Positions 22,460 to 32,541 are shown, counted from the first letter of the stretch. The stretch is 64,000 bases of DNA from Alphaproteobacteria bacterium (GCA_965262615.1 OZ253545.1:128001-192000); one strand, 5' to 3'. Notes: a model not told the origin generated them from the sequence alone. Numbers and translations: made by a program.

Positions 22460-24175
22460 CTATGTGATACGCCATACCGCTGTCGCTTGCCTAGCAAGCC
22501 ACTGTTGATGTTGATTGAGGCTTTCAATATCCCAAGTATCAGCTTCAGCTATTTTATTGTTAATGGCTAAACCAACCTTTTTTAATACCTTTCGCTTTTC
22601 CTCAAAAGGCTCTTGACCCAATTGGGTGCTTTTGGGAAGCAACGCGATGTTGCCGAGACGCTCTCTCGCTTCGTAGTAGGTATCCAAACCAAAACTTTCC
22701 TGCCAGTGATTTTCAGGTGAGTACGGCAATACATGCTCCACAGTCAAGTCGTCGGTGGAGGGGGGGGATGGAGCTTTATTGCAATGCCTTTCTATTTCGC
22801 TCAGAATATGTAGAATTTTCTTATTGTGTTTTTTAAGCATGCTTTTTCGAGAAAAAGCATGCTTAAATTCCTCGTCATTCGGATATATAGATAATAGTCT
22901 TTCTTTTGTGCTGGTGATTATTTGTTTATCACCAGCATTATTAGGTTTTTTTTCTTCTGTGATTTTATTAACCAGCTCATTATATCTCCTTTCTTGTTCT
23001 TTGGAGTCTTTTCCGCAAATCACATTATAGCGAATGGATACGACAACTATCCATTGCAGAACTTTGGCAAAATCTTCTGCAGAAAAATTTGCGTAGACTG
23101 CCATCAATAGACTTAAGGGTGCTTTTATATTGAAGAGCCTTAAAGTCCGCAGGCTATCAACAATCTTGTAGCTAACCTCTTTCCAAAAATCATCATCTGG
23201 ATTTTGTAAAGCGGCGTAAATAGGCGCGTACTTTTTTATCCCTTGTAAATAGGGAGGCACTTGATTAGGAGATGTAATTTTATCTCTCAATTCGCGATAG
23301 AGCGATTTTTTAGCTATCAAAGTGTCAAACATACCGTGATAACTACGCAAGAATGAAGTAAAATTAGTAACCTCAAGTTGGTCAAGCACATGAAACCAGT
23401 CCTCGCTCAAATCCTCAAGATATTCTTGACTTAGACCATCCTTTTCATCTACTAATGAAAAAAGATAATTTTTGAGCAAATCAGGTGCAGATAAATGCAT
23501 GCCCCGTGCATTAAGCGTTTCAAAAATGACAAAGGCATCCGAAGCGTTCGGGACCGTTATGGTGGTGAATAGAAATCCCTGACGAACATTATCAAGAAAA
23601 TTAATCAACTCATCATCACTGTACTCTTTCATCTTTTCTTGAAAAAATTTAAGAGCCTTGCTTAATTTTCTATTACTTGCACGAATTTTTCGTACTTCAG
23701 GCACTTCATAGATATTCATTGTAGCCATTTCCTTCAAATGATCCTTGTTATTTCTATTGAGGATTAATTTGAGCGAAGTTTTGAGGTTTGTCGGATTAAA
23801 AACACCAAGATAGGTGTTATGATAATATTTAACCCTTTCTTCGTTGTCTTCCACAGAGATGTTATCATTGATGAGTTGCTGAAATCGGTGCAAGGCAGCG
23901 ATGATCATCAAGGTAATGGTGGTCAGGCGTTGTTGTCCGTCTATAACCGTAAAGGCTTCTCTATCCTTGGTCTGCAAAACCAAATATCCCATAAAGTGTT
24001 GAGTTCCCCCTTGACTCATATTTTCGTAGTCCTCCCACAATTCATCAATCTGTTCTTGTTCCCATGAGTAGTCCCTTTGAAACGAAGGAACTTTATAGCT
24101 TTTGCTATTACTCATGATGTCAGAAAAGGTTTTGTTTTCTGGCTCAAGGTATATTTTTGTAAATTGCTTGCTCAT
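22460..24175 (-). CDS. DUF262/DUF1524 (GmrSD-type) restriction endonuclease
   Basis: PSFQRDYSWE, IDGQQRLTT, FETLNARG, C-terminal HNH-like TVEHVLP..LGNIALL; AAGGAG RBS before ATG 24175; AT-rich. Confidence 0.9.
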   Translation of the reverse strand: MSKQFTKIYLEPENKTFSDIMSNSKSYKVPSFQRDYSWEQEQIDELWEDYENMSQGGTQHFMGYLVLQTKDREAFTVIDGQQRLTTITLMIIAALHRFQQLINDNISVEDNEERVKYYHNTYLGVFNPTNLKTSLKLILNRNNKDHLKEMATMNIYEVPEVRKIRASNRKLSKALKFFQEKMKEYSDDELINFLDNVRQGFLFTTITVPNASDAFVIFETLNARGMHLSAPDLLKNYLFSLVDEKDGLSQEYLEDLSEDWFHVLDQLEVTNFTSFLRSYHGMFDTLIAKKSLYRELRDKITSPNQVPPYLQGIKKYAPIYAALQNPDDDFWKEVSYKIVDSLRTLRLFNIKAPLSLLMAVYANFSAEDFAKVLQWIVVVSIRYNVICGKDSKEQERRYNELVNKITEEKKPNNAGDKQIITSTKERLLSIYPNDEEFKHAFSRKSMLKKHNKKILHILSEIERHCNKAPSPPSTDDLTVEHVLPYSPENHWQESFGLDTYYEARERLGNIALLPKSTQLGQEPFEEKRKVLKKVGLAINNKIAEADTWDIESLNQHQQWLARQATAVWRIT

Positions 24176-24395
24176 TGTTGTTACTCCTTGACTCATGGCA
24201 TCACAAAGACGACTCCATATTACTTTTACACATTGTTTTCAATTGAAATCAACACCAACGATTTTGAAAATTTCCACCGCAAAAGTTTATGGTGCGAGCG
24301 ATCACCCTTTCATATTTTTTTATCATATTCAGGTTTTATTAAGACAAAAATTCTATAACAAAGGCATCAGTCAACCACAACGATGGAGAAAGATC

Positions 24396-24470
24396 ATGTG
24401 GAACACGCCCAAAGTGACCGAAGTGTCTGTCGGACTTGAAATCAACAGCTATGCCTGTGCCGAAGTCTAA
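24396..24470 (+). CDS. pqqA: PQQ precursor peptide, copy 1
   Basis: MWNTPKVTEVSVGLEINSYACAEV: W..P and E-x3-Y PqqA motif; GGAG RBS. Confidence 0.93.
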   Translation: MWNTPKVTEVSVGLEINSYACAEV

Positions 24471-24490
24471 GTGACGACACACACATTCTT

Positions 24491-24527
24491 AAGAAAAGCG
24501 GATGCCTCATTGGTGTCCGCTTTTCTT
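24491..24527 (+). terminator. intrinsic terminator after pqqA copy 1
   Basis: aagaaaagcggatgcc-loop-ggtgtccgcttttctt hairpin. Confidence 0.85.
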
Positions 24528-24649
24528 AATTCAGAGTCAGCCCGCCCGTGACGGCTTGACGCACAAAATTTTTCTTTCATATTCAGGTTTTATTAAGACA
24601 AAAATTCTATAACAAAAGCATCAGTCAACCACAGCAACGGAGAAAGACC

Positions 24650-24724
24650 ATGTGGAACACACCCAAAGTGACCGAAGTGTCTGTCGGACTTGAAATCAAC
24701 AGCTATGCCTGTGCAGAAGTCTAA
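24650..24724 (+). CDS. pqqA: PQQ precursor peptide, copy 2
   Basis: Same 24-aa peptide with synonymous differences (ACG/ACA, GCC/GCA); 254 bp from copy 1. Confidence 0.93.
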   Translation: MWNTPKVTEVSVGLEINSYACAEV

Positions 24725-24746
24725 GTGATGACACACACATTCTTGT

Positions 24747-24779
24747 GAAAAGCGGATGCCCCATGGGTGTCCGCTTTTC
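24747..24779. terminator. bidirectional terminator between pqqA copy 2 and anmK
   Basis: gaaaagcggatgcc-ccatg-ggtgtccgcttttc. Confidence 0.8.
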
Positions 24780-24783
24780 TGAT

Positions 24784-25908
24784 TCAGGGTTGCCACACCA
24801 GCCCGCCCGTGACGGCTTGACGCACCCCCGTTGTGCTGGGAAGGGTGAGTGGCAAGCCCCGCATCGCCCGCACCGCGAGCCACGCAAAAGCCTGTGCCTC
24901 CACCCCATCGCCCTGCCAGCCGCGCGCATCACAATCAATGAGCTGTCCATCCCACTTCTCCTGCAACAAAGACATCAACTGCTTTTGATGGCGTCCGCCG
25001 CCACACACCACCACATCGCAATGCACGCCCATCACCTTTGCCAATTGATGCAGAGCCACCATCACCCCCACTGCCGTGCAATGAATCCAAGTGGCACAGC
25101 CATCCGCCAGTGACAAGGAAGCGAATGCCTCTTGCATCACCTCGTGAAAATCCTGACGATGCAACGCACGCGGCTTGTGCCAAAATTCCCCTGCAAAAAA
25201 AGAATGTCCCCCATAGCGCGCCACCGTTTCTTCATGAGGCTGTCCGTGCACCGCCAGCTCATCGCGCTGCACCCAATCATGCAATCCGTGATTGAGACAA
25301 AAATCATTGAGCAACGCCATGCCCACGCCCACATCACTGGCGCGCACATCATCGGGGGCAATGAGTGCCGTCACATTGGCAATGCCGCCAATGTTCATGA
25401 TGGCAAGGGGCGGATGCCATCCATCGGCACGCGCCAACGCCTGATGAAACAACGGCACAAGCGGCGCGCCCTGCCCGCCATGTGCCAGATCGCCATCACG
25501 AAAACGATTCACCACCCGCGTTTTCATCTGCACCGCCATCTGTTGTCCATCACCCAACTGCCAGCACCACCGTGCCTGTGGCGCATGACGCAAGGTCTGA
25601 CCATGAAATCCAATCACATCACAATGAGACACCCCATGACGATTCATAAAGTCAGCAAGAATGTCACAGTGATGCTGAGTCAAACGCCGTTCTATGTCAT
25701 TGAAAAAATCATTATGCACGGGGGCATCATAGTCATGACTGCGCGCCACCGCCTGATGCAGCTGCTCGCGCCACGAGGCATCATAAGCATGAGTCTCACA
25801 CGCACCGCGATCAATGACATTGTCCCCATCGGTGTCAATGACGGCAACATCCACGCCATCCATGGATGTGCCACTCATCAACCCAATGGCGGTGAAGCGG
25901 TCAGTCAT
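24784..25908 (-). CDS. anmK: anhydro-N-acetylmuramic acid kinase
   Basis: GLMSGTSMDG, GFHGQT, GGQGAPLVP, NIGGIAN, EAQAFAWLA. Confidence 0.96.
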   Translation of the reverse strand: MTDRFTAIGLMSGTSMDGVDVAVIDTDGDNVIDRGACETHAYDASWREQLHQAVARSHDYDAPVHNDFFNDIERRLTQHHCDILADFMNRHGVSHCDVIGFHGQTLRHAPQARWCWQLGDGQQMAVQMKTRVVNRFRDGDLAHGGQGAPLVPLFHQALARADGWHPPLAIMNIGGIANVTALIAPDDVRASDVGVGMALLNDFCLNHGLHDWVQRDELAVHGQPHEETVARYGGHSFFAGEFWHKPRALHRQDFHEVMQEAFASLSLADGCATWIHCTAVGVMVALHQLAKVMGVHCDVVVCGGGRHQKQLMSLLQEKWDGQLIDCDARGWQGDGVEAQAFAWLAVRAMRGLPLTLPSTTGVRQAVTGGLVWQP

Positions 25909-26614
25909 GCCACCCCAGATCCGATACGATTTTTTTTACAATGGGCAAAGTGATGGGTGTGCGATTCTGCGTCACATAATGCTCCAGACGACTGGCAAAG
26001 GATTTCATCTCATGGGGCGCGTTGGGCAACCTCGTCATCAGCCAATTGACAACGGGATGAGGAAGCGTCAAGCCTCGCTCGTGCAGAATTTTAAGCAGCA
26101 TGCCCAGCAGCACATCGTCATCCATCTGTAATTGCAAGAGAGCCAGTGCGGTCAAACGAGACAGCAAGTCTGGCATCATCGTGCCTTTCCACACCTGTGG
26201 CGGCACGGCACTGGCAAACAACAACGGACGACCACACAGATACGCCTCATTCATCAAATGAAACAACGCCTCCTCATAGCGGGCATTGAACTGAAGCTGA
26301 TGCACATCATCAATGATGAGGGGCAGGGACACATCACGCGCCCGCCGTGACTCCAATTGATGAATGGTGAGCACATCCGCCCCAGCCGCCGACGCAACCA
26401 TGTGAAGACAATGGGTCTTACCGGCTTGCGCCGCCGCCACCAACAAAAAAGAAGGCGATGCTCCCCACAAGGGCCACTGAGGAAATTTCTCAAGCCATTC
26501 AAAGGCGTGACGATTGGCATCGGTCACGAGAAAGTTCTCATGAGCAAAGGAGACACGAGGAGCAAAATGAAAAAATCCCTGTGCGTATGTCATGGTGTGC
26601 CTGTCATGGTGCAT
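25901..26614 (-). CDS. HdaA/DnaA-like regulatory inactivation protein
   Basis: NFLV..AN..A..W...W, degenerate Walker A AGKTH, IIDD, LFHLMN, PDLLSRL; follows an AI-2E transporter. Confidence 0.8.
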   Translation of the reverse strand: MHHDRHTMTYAQGFFHFAPRVSFAHENFLVTDANRHAFEWLEKFPQWPLWGASPSFLLVAAAQAGKTHCLHMVASAAGADVLTIHQLESRRARDVSLPLIIDDVHQLQFNARYEEALFHLMNEAYLCGRPLLFASAVPPQVWKGTMMPDLLSRLTALALLQLQMDDDVLLGMLLKILHERGLTLPHPVVNWLMTRLPNAPHEMKSFASRLEHYVTQNRTPITLPIVKKIVSDLGWHD

Positions 26615-26617
26615 ATG

Positions 26618-27709
26618 TCATGAGGATTTTTTGCGCCCATAAAAATCGGAGCTGTGCCAGAATTGCTGTGCCATGCGCCCAAAGACCACCAGCACGGCAG
26701 CCACAGGAGCGGCAATAATTGCGCCCACCAAGCCCGCCTGTGCGCCGCCAAAAAACACCATGAACAAAAACAACAACGGATGCACACCGCTCGCCAATCC
26801 CACATAGCGCGGCGTCAGATAAAAACTCTCCACCATATTGCCCGCAACACACAGTGGCAGAAGCCACATGACAATATTCATCTCAAAAGACACCGCCAGT
26901 GATGCCACCAAAACTCCTGCCACAAAACCCAAATAAGGAATCAAAATCAGCACCCCATTGAGAAATGCCAAAGCCAAAGCAAACGGCACGCCCAGTAAGG
27001 AAAAAATCAGGCTGTAATAAAGGCTCATGATTAAGATCACCGTTCCATATCCTCGCACGGTGGTGGCAAGGGCATCATCCAGCATGGTGGCGGCATGACC
27101 AAGGGACTGCTGCAGGCGTGGCGGAATCATCTTATGTACCCATGCCACGATTGCCTCCCGATCCTGCAGCATCATAAAAGCAATAATGGGCGTGATCAAA
27201 ATGAAGCCAAACAAATTGAGCACCGCCATGCCGCCCGTGAGCAGTGATTGAAAGAGAAAAGACCCGCCATCCCATAGCGAGTTCCACGGAATGGCTTTGA
27301 GCCACACCAGACCCTGTTGAGCCGAAAAAAGATTGTCATGAATCACGCCTTGCTGCTTGCCATAGATGACCCACCGAGCAATAATCTGCCGCACCTGCTC
27401 CAATTGGTCAGGGACACTGGCGATGAATTGGGCAAGTTCTGCCAGCACGAGTGGCAACCATCCCAGCATCAGCACATAGGTGACAATAAAAAACACCGTC
27501 ACCGCCATCAATGCCGCCGCCACCGCCGACATGGAGCGGCACAGCCGCAAAAATAACGGTGTCATTACATACGCCACAAACGCCCCCAGCACAAAGGGCA
27601 TCACGACCGCACGGGTGATGTACATCACCACCATCACACACACCGAAGCGATGCCGATGAACAACAGAGATTCTTTTTGCACCTGCGAGGAAATTGGTTT
27701 GCTGGTCAT
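26618..27709 (-). CDS. AI-2E family (PerM-like) transporter
   Basis: Multi-TM protein; IPYLG, LTPRYVG...GVHP motifs. Confidence 0.88.
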   Translation of the reverse strand: MTSKPISSQVQKESLLFIGIASVCVMVVMYITRAVVMPFVLGAFVAYVMTPLFLRLCRSMSAVAAALMAVTVFFIVTYVLMLGWLPLVLAELAQFIASVPDQLEQVRQIIARWVIYGKQQGVIHDNLFSAQQGLVWLKAIPWNSLWDGGSFLFQSLLTGGMAVLNLFGFILITPIIAFMMLQDREAIVAWVHKMIPPRLQQSLGHAATMLDDALATTVRGYGTVILIMSLYYSLIFSLLGVPFALALAFLNGVLILIPYLGFVAGVLVASLAVSFEMNIVMWLLPLCVAGNMVESFYLTPRYVGLASGVHPLLFLFMVFFGGAQAGLVGAIIAAPVAAVLVVFGRMAQQFWHSSDFYGRKKSS

Positions 27710-27751
27710 GATGAATGCCCTTAATCAGATGAACAACAGAGATTCTTTTTT

Positions 27752-27826
27752 TGGTGGGCGCGATAGGGATTGAACCTATGACCTCTCCCGTGTGAGGGGA
27801 GCGCTCTCCCGCTGAGCTACGCGCCC
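27752..27826 (-). tRNA. tRNA-Val (CAC)
   Basis: Reverse complement GGGCGCGTAGCTCAGCGGGAGAGCG-CTCCC-CTCACAC-GGGAG-..GGTTCAATCC..CGCGCCCACCA. Confidence 0.95.
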
Positions 27827-27838
27827 AAAAAACGCGTT

Positions 27839-27963
27839 TATATCACATCACTTCAAAACATTCCATTGTCATTAAAACATGCCATTGTCATTTTGACTAG
27901 CGGTGGAAATCGACTGAATGACATCCCAGTGTTCCAAAATGATGCGTTTGAAAGTCACCTTTT
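27839..27963 (-). pseudogene. eroded, rearranged duplicate fragments of the adjacent SnoaL-like gene
   Basis: 27873-27940 encodes ILEHWDVIQSISTASQNDNGMF* versus IVEHWDVIQSMPIASQNDNGMF* in the intact gene; also a second short 3'-end fragment and an internal fragment (gcgtttgaaagtcacctttt). Confidence 0.75.
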
Positions 27964-27981
27964 AGTCTATATCACATCATC

Positions 27982-28365
27982 CTAAAACATTCCGTTGTCA
28001 TTTTGACTGGCAATGGGCATAGACTGGATGACATCCCAATGCTCCACAATTTTTCCTGCCTCATCAAGGCGAAAAATATCCATGCACGCATAATTTTCAC
28101 CGCCGCCCCATTCTTGATGGCAATGCAGCACCACATAATTGCCATCGGCAAAGACGCGTTTGAAAGTCACCTTTTTATGAGGATACGCCGCCGCCATGCG
28201 TTCGAAATAATCAACAAATCCCTGTTTTCCTGTGGCAACATGAGGATTGTGTTGAATGTAATCATCGCCGCCATAGCGTTGCATGGCGGCTTGAGGCTTG
28301 GCTTGATTAAACATCACATCATAAAATGCGACCACATTTTTTTTGTTTCTGTCCTGCGGTGTCAT
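27982..28365 (-). CDS. SnoaL-like / NTF2 family protein
   Basis: YIQHNPHV..G..GF, DIFR.D..GKIVEHWDVIQ. Confidence 0.9.
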   Translation of the reverse strand: MTPQDRNKKNVVAFYDVMFNQAKPQAAMQRYGGDDYIQHNPHVATGKQGFVDYFERMAAAYPHKKVTFKRVFADGNYVVLHCHQEWGGGENYACMDIFRLDEAGKIVEHWDVIQSMPIASQNDNGMF

Positions 28366-28411
28366 CAAGGACACGATTGCACATTGCGCGATAAAAAGCG
28401 ATACTAAAAAA

Positions 28412-30253
28412 ATGAGCCCAACAGATGCACCGTCCGTTCTCACGATGCCTCGCAGGGGCAGAGAGATTATTCAGCAAGCCATGCGGCGCGCCCCTCACGC
28501 GCCCGGTATCTATCGCATGTGGAGCGATGATGACCGACTGCTCTATGTGGGCAAGGCATCATCTCTTAAAAAACGATTGGCACAGTATTGTCAGCGTAGC
28601 AAAAGTCACCACAACCGCACACTGCGTTTGATTAGTGAGACGGCGCGCTGTGATATTCTGCTCACGCACAATGAAGCCGAGGCATTGTTGCTGGAGAGCA
28701 ATGTCATCAAGGCTCATCAGCCGCGTTTTAATGTGTTGTTGCGAGATGACAAGAGCTATCCCTTTATTCATTTGGATCAATCATCAAATTTCGCGCGTCT
28801 GCGTTTGCATCGCGGCGCGCGCAAGGGACGGGGGCGATTTTTTGGTCCCTTTGCCACATCGCACGGCGTGCGACAGACACTGGAATTGTTGGAGCGAGCA
28901 TTTTTATTGCGTTCGTGTCCCGACAGTGTGTTTAACAATCGCAGCCGTCCGTGTCTGCTGTATCAGATTAAACGCTGCACCGCGCCGTGTGTGGGCAAAA
29001 TCAATGACCTTGATTATCAGCATCTGGTGCAGGAAGCCAGTTCGTTTTTGAGCGGTGACAGCAAAGACATGCGAAAAAAATTGACCACCGCCATGAATGA
29101 TGCCAGCAAGCACCAACACTATGAAACCGCCGCCTTGTTGCGGGATCGCATCAAGGCTTTGAGTCGCTTGGAGTCGCATCAGGCGGTGCATGTTCCTCAA
29201 TTGAAGGATGCCGATGTGTTTGCTCTCCATCGTGATGAGCAACGCAGCTGCATTGAGGTGTTTTTCTTTCGCGGCGGACGCCACAATGGCAATCAATCGC
29301 TGTTTCCCCGTCATGACCGCCATGTCAGTGACGAGGCTCTGCTCGCCGCCGCCATCACGCAGTTTTATGATGATACACCCGCGCCCCCTCTGTTGCTGGT
29401 GAGTCATGACATCAGTGACCAGCAATTGATTGAACAGGCTCATGGCACGCATGTGCGCAGACCTCGGCGCGGGGCATTGCGCTCGGTGATGGATCATGCT
29501 CTGACCAATGCGCGCGCGCATATGATTCGCCATGCCCATCGCTTGCATGACCATGATTATCACCATCGGTTGGCGCGTCTTTTGTCATTGCCTCAAGTGC
29601 CAGACCGCATTGAAATTTATGATAATTCTCACTGGCGTGGCAGCAATGCGGTGGGGGTGATGGTGGTTGCCGATGGGATTGGTTTTGTCACCAGCGACTA
29701 CCGCCGCTTTACCATGCGCCATGCCAAAGGAGACGATGACATTGGCATGATGCGGGAAATGCTCTCCCGACGCTGCCGCCGTCTGATGCTTGTCCAAGAA
29801 AAAATGCCCGCCATCATGATGGTGGACGGCGGCAAGGCACAGCTGCATGTGGCGGATCAATGCCTGGCAGACCACGGACTCAGTGAGACCATCACCCTGC
29901 TGGCGATTGCCAAAGGCAAGGAGAAGAGAGACGGAGACGAAACCCTCCATAGCCTCAGTCATCCACCCATCCCCATGAATGAACACAATGAACTGTTTGC
30001 TTATCTGCGGCGTTTGCGTGACGAAGCCCATCGCTATGCCATTGGCAGTCATCGCCGCCGCCAAAGCAAGGAGGTGCATAAGTCGCAACTGGATGCCATT
30101 CCTCATATTGGACACAAACGCAAAAAAGCCCTCTTGCATCATTTTGGTGATGTGGCTCATATTGCTCGGGCGGGCGTGGAAGATTTGCGCCAAGTGGAGG
30201 GTATTTCTCATGTCCATGCCCGCACCATTTTTGAATGGTTTCATCAATCATAG
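28412..30253 (+). CDS. uvrC: excinuclease ABC subunit C
   Basis: PGIYRM..LYVGKA GIY-YIG, RDDKSYP, IEIYDNSH, VDGG, RDEAHRYAI, HhH. Confidence 0.97.
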   Translation: MSPTDAPSVLTMPRRGREIIQQAMRRAPHAPGIYRMWSDDDRLLYVGKASSLKKRLAQYCQRSKSHHNRTLRLISETARCDILLTHNEAEALLLESNVIKAHQPRFNVLLRDDKSYPFIHLDQSSNFARLRLHRGARKGRGRFFGPFATSHGVRQTLELLERAFLLRSCPDSVFNNRSRPCLLYQIKRCTAPCVGKINDLDYQHLVQEASSFLSGDSKDMRKKLTTAMNDASKHQHYETAALLRDRIKALSRLESHQAVHVPQLKDADVFALHRDEQRSCIEVFFFRGGRHNGNQSLFPRHDRHVSDEALLAAAITQFYDDTPAPPLLLVSHDISDQQLIEQAHGTHVRRPRRGALRSVMDHALTNARAHMIRHAHRLHDHDYHHRLARLLSLPQVPDRIEIYDNSHWRGSNAVGVMVVADGIGFVTSDYRRFTMRHAKGDDDIGMMREMLSRRCRRLMLVQEKMPAIMMVDGGKAQLHVADQCLADHGLSETITLLAIAKGKEKRDGDETLHSLSHPPIPMNEHNELFAYLRRLRDEAHRYAIGSHRRRQSKEVHKSQLDAIPHIGHKRKKALLHHFGDVAHIARAGVEDLRQVEGISHVHARTIFEWFHQS

Positions 30254-30265
30254 AGGCGAAAAATC

Positions 30266-30787
30266 ATGACATCGCTCACTATCCCCACCATCATCACCAT
30301 CACGCGCATTTTGCTGACATTTCCCGTCACATATTTGATTTTTGTGGGGGAAATGGAGATGGCGTTCATTGTGTATGTGATCGCGGCGGCGAGTGATTTT
30401 CTTGATGGCTTTGTGGCGCGCCGTCTCAATCAAAAAAGCAATTTGGGGGCGATGTTGGACCATGTGGCGGATAAAATTCTCGTCATCAGTGTTTTATTCA
30501 TGCTGGCAGCCACCAATTATTTAAGTGCCTCTGCCTTGATTGCGTCACTGCTGATTATTGTGCGTGAATTGTTGATTTTAGGCTTGCGCGAATATGTCTC
30601 CATGCACTCGCAAAAACCCGTTGTGGTGCTGAGCAGTGCCAAATGGAAGACGGCTCTCACCATGATGGCTCTGGCATTTTTAATGCTTCAGGTGGAGCGC
30701 ATCGGCGAATTATTTTTGTGGCTCTCGGTCATGATGAGTCTGGTGAGCAGTTGGAACTACATTCGCCAGAGGATTCCCCTCTCATGA
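30266..30787 (+). CDS. pgsA: CDP-diacylglycerol--glycerol-3-phosphate 3-phosphatidyltransferase
   Basis: DFLDGFVARR..S.LGA.LD..ADK; follows uvrC. Confidence 0.93.
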   Translation: MTSLTIPTIITITRILLTFPVTYLIFVGEMEMAFIVYVIAAASDFLDGFVARRLNQKSNLGAMLDHVADKILVISVLFMLAATNYLSASALIASLLIIVRELLILGLREYVSMHSQKPVVVLSSAKWKTALTMMALAFLMLQVERIGELFLWLSVMMSLVSSWNYIRQRIPLS

Positions 30788-31290
30788 GTGTGACCTCTCC
30801 CTTGTTTGGCATCACGGGCTGGAGCGGTAGCGGCAAGACCACTTTGCTGACGACATTGCTTCCCCATTTGTTGCGTCATTGTGCCACCATTCATACCATC
30901 AAGCACGCTCGCCATGATGCCACCATTGACCATGACGGCAGCGATAGCCAACGCCATCAAGCATCAGGAGCTCATGAGGTGATGCTGGCAACACCACATG
31001 GATGGGGATTGATGCACCGCAGTCAAACTGAGTGGTCATTGCCTCAATTGCTGGAGCGCATGAGTCCTGCGGAACTCATTCTCATTGAGGGATTCAAACA
31101 CGAGCCTCATCCCAAGCTGGAGGTGCATCGCCTTGCCAATGGCAAGGATTTTGTCTATCCCACAATTGGCAATGTGCTGGCACTTGCCAGTGATGGCGCG
31201 CCTCCCGATGATTTTTCTGGCTCATTTTTTGCCTTGCATGATTATGAAGCCATGAGTTCATTCATCATGACCCACAAACGCAAATTATGA
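30784..31290 (+). CDS. mobB: molybdopterin-guanine dinucleotide biosynthesis protein B
   Basis: GITGWSGSGKTTL, IKHA.H, IEGFK..PHPKLEV. Confidence 0.92.
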   Translation: MSVTSPLFGITGWSGSGKTTLLTTLLPHLLRHCATIHTIKHARHDATIDHDGSDSQRHQASGAHEVMLATPHGWGLMHRSQTEWSLPQLLERMSPAELILIEGFKHEPHPKLEVHRLANGKDFVYPTIGNVLALASDGAPPDDFSGSFFALHDYEAMSSFIMTHKRKL

Positions 31291-32540
31291 CACAAAGTTC
31301 CGCTTCTCCTCCTTTGACCAATTTATTGCCGCTTGAAGAAGCGCGCGCGGCAATGGACGAACACCTTGTACCCATCAGTCAATTGGAGTTCTTGCCGTTG
31401 CTGCCCGGCATGGGGCGGGTGTGTGCTGACGATGTTCGCACCCCCATTTCTCTTCCGCCCTTTGCCAATGCGGCGGTGGATGGGGTGGCGGTGGCACACG
31501 CAACGCTGCAGAGCCATCAGTCACCCGTGCCTCTGTATAAGGATGGTCATGTTCATTGTGCGGGGGATGCCTCGTTCACACTGCCCGCAGGACAAGGCGT
31601 GCGTGTCATGACGGGAGCAGCCCTGCCGCACCAAGCGGACACGGTGCTGCCGCAAGAACTGTGTGATATCCGTGGCACTCATGTGACGCTGCCTCTCGCG
31701 AACAAAGGTGTCAATTGCCGTGATGCAGGTGAGGATGTGGCGGCGCACTCGGTCATCATCAAAAAAGGGACGCGCCTGCGCCCGCAAGACATCGCCCTTG
31801 CCGCCGCCGCAGGACACGACACGCTGCCCGTCTATCACAAACAACCTGTGGCGATTTTCTCCAGTGGCAACGAATTGCGCGAGCCTGCCGCCACGCCCCT
31901 CACAGATTCACACATTCATGATGCCAATCGCTACGGCTTGGCATCCTTGTTGAACGCATGGGGAGCGCAGCTGCACGACATGGGAATTCTGCCCGATGAC
32001 ACCGCCGCCGTCACCCATCACCTTGAAGCCATCATCAGCACAGTGCCAAACGCATTGATTGTCACATCGGGAGGCATTTCCACAGGGGCGAGTGATGTCA
32101 TTGCACACTATCTGCACACCCATGGTGAGTTTGCCTTTTGGCGCGTTGCCATCAAGCCCGGTCGCCCCATTGGGTTTGGCACAATTGGCACAACGCCCAT
32201 CATGGCACTGCCGGGCAATCCTGTCGCCGCCCTTGTCACCGCCATGATTGTGCTGCGCCATGTCTTTTTTCAGCTGCAAGGACGAGCCTTTGCAGATTAC
32301 GACATCGCGCCTTTTGCTGTTCCATCGGCGTTCGCCATGAACAAAAAAAAGGGACGGCGCGAATATCTCAGAGCCAGCCGCACAGCCGATGGGACAGTGG
32401 ACAAATTCGCCACCACAGGAGCGGGCATTCTCACCTCTTTGACCGCCAGTGATGGCTTGCTCATCTTAGACGAACAACAAGAGCGCATTGCTCAAGGCGA
32501 CCCTCTTTCTTTTATCCCTTTCAGCTCTTATCTTTGGTGA
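31287..32540 (+). CDS. moeA: molybdopterin molybdotransferase
   Basis: PPFANAAVDG, MTGA.LP, SSGNEL, TSGG.S.G, KPGRP, LPGNPVA. Confidence 0.95.
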   Translation: MTQSSASPPLTNLLPLEEARAAMDEHLVPISQLEFLPLLPGMGRVCADDVRTPISLPPFANAAVDGVAVAHATLQSHQSPVPLYKDGHVHCAGDASFTLPAGQGVRVMTGAALPHQADTVLPQELCDIRGTHVTLPLANKGVNCRDAGEDVAAHSVIIKKGTRLRPQDIALAAAAGHDTLPVYHKQPVAIFSSGNELREPAATPLTDSHIHDANRYGLASLLNAWGAQLHDMGILPDDTAAVTHHLEAIISTVPNALIVTSGGISTGASDVIAHYLHTHGEFAFWRVAIKPGRPIGFGTIGTTPIMALPGNPVAALVTAMIVLRHVFFQLQGRAFADYDIAPFAVPSAFAMNKKKGRREYLRASRTADGTVDKFATTGAGILTSLTASDGLLILDEQQERIAQGDPLSFIPFSSYLW

Positions 32541-32541
32541 C

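Noticed and set aside
24195-24395. N-terminal extension of the 91-aa ORF ending in pqqA
   Set aside because: The RBS and the second copy define the start at 24396; the extension is incidental
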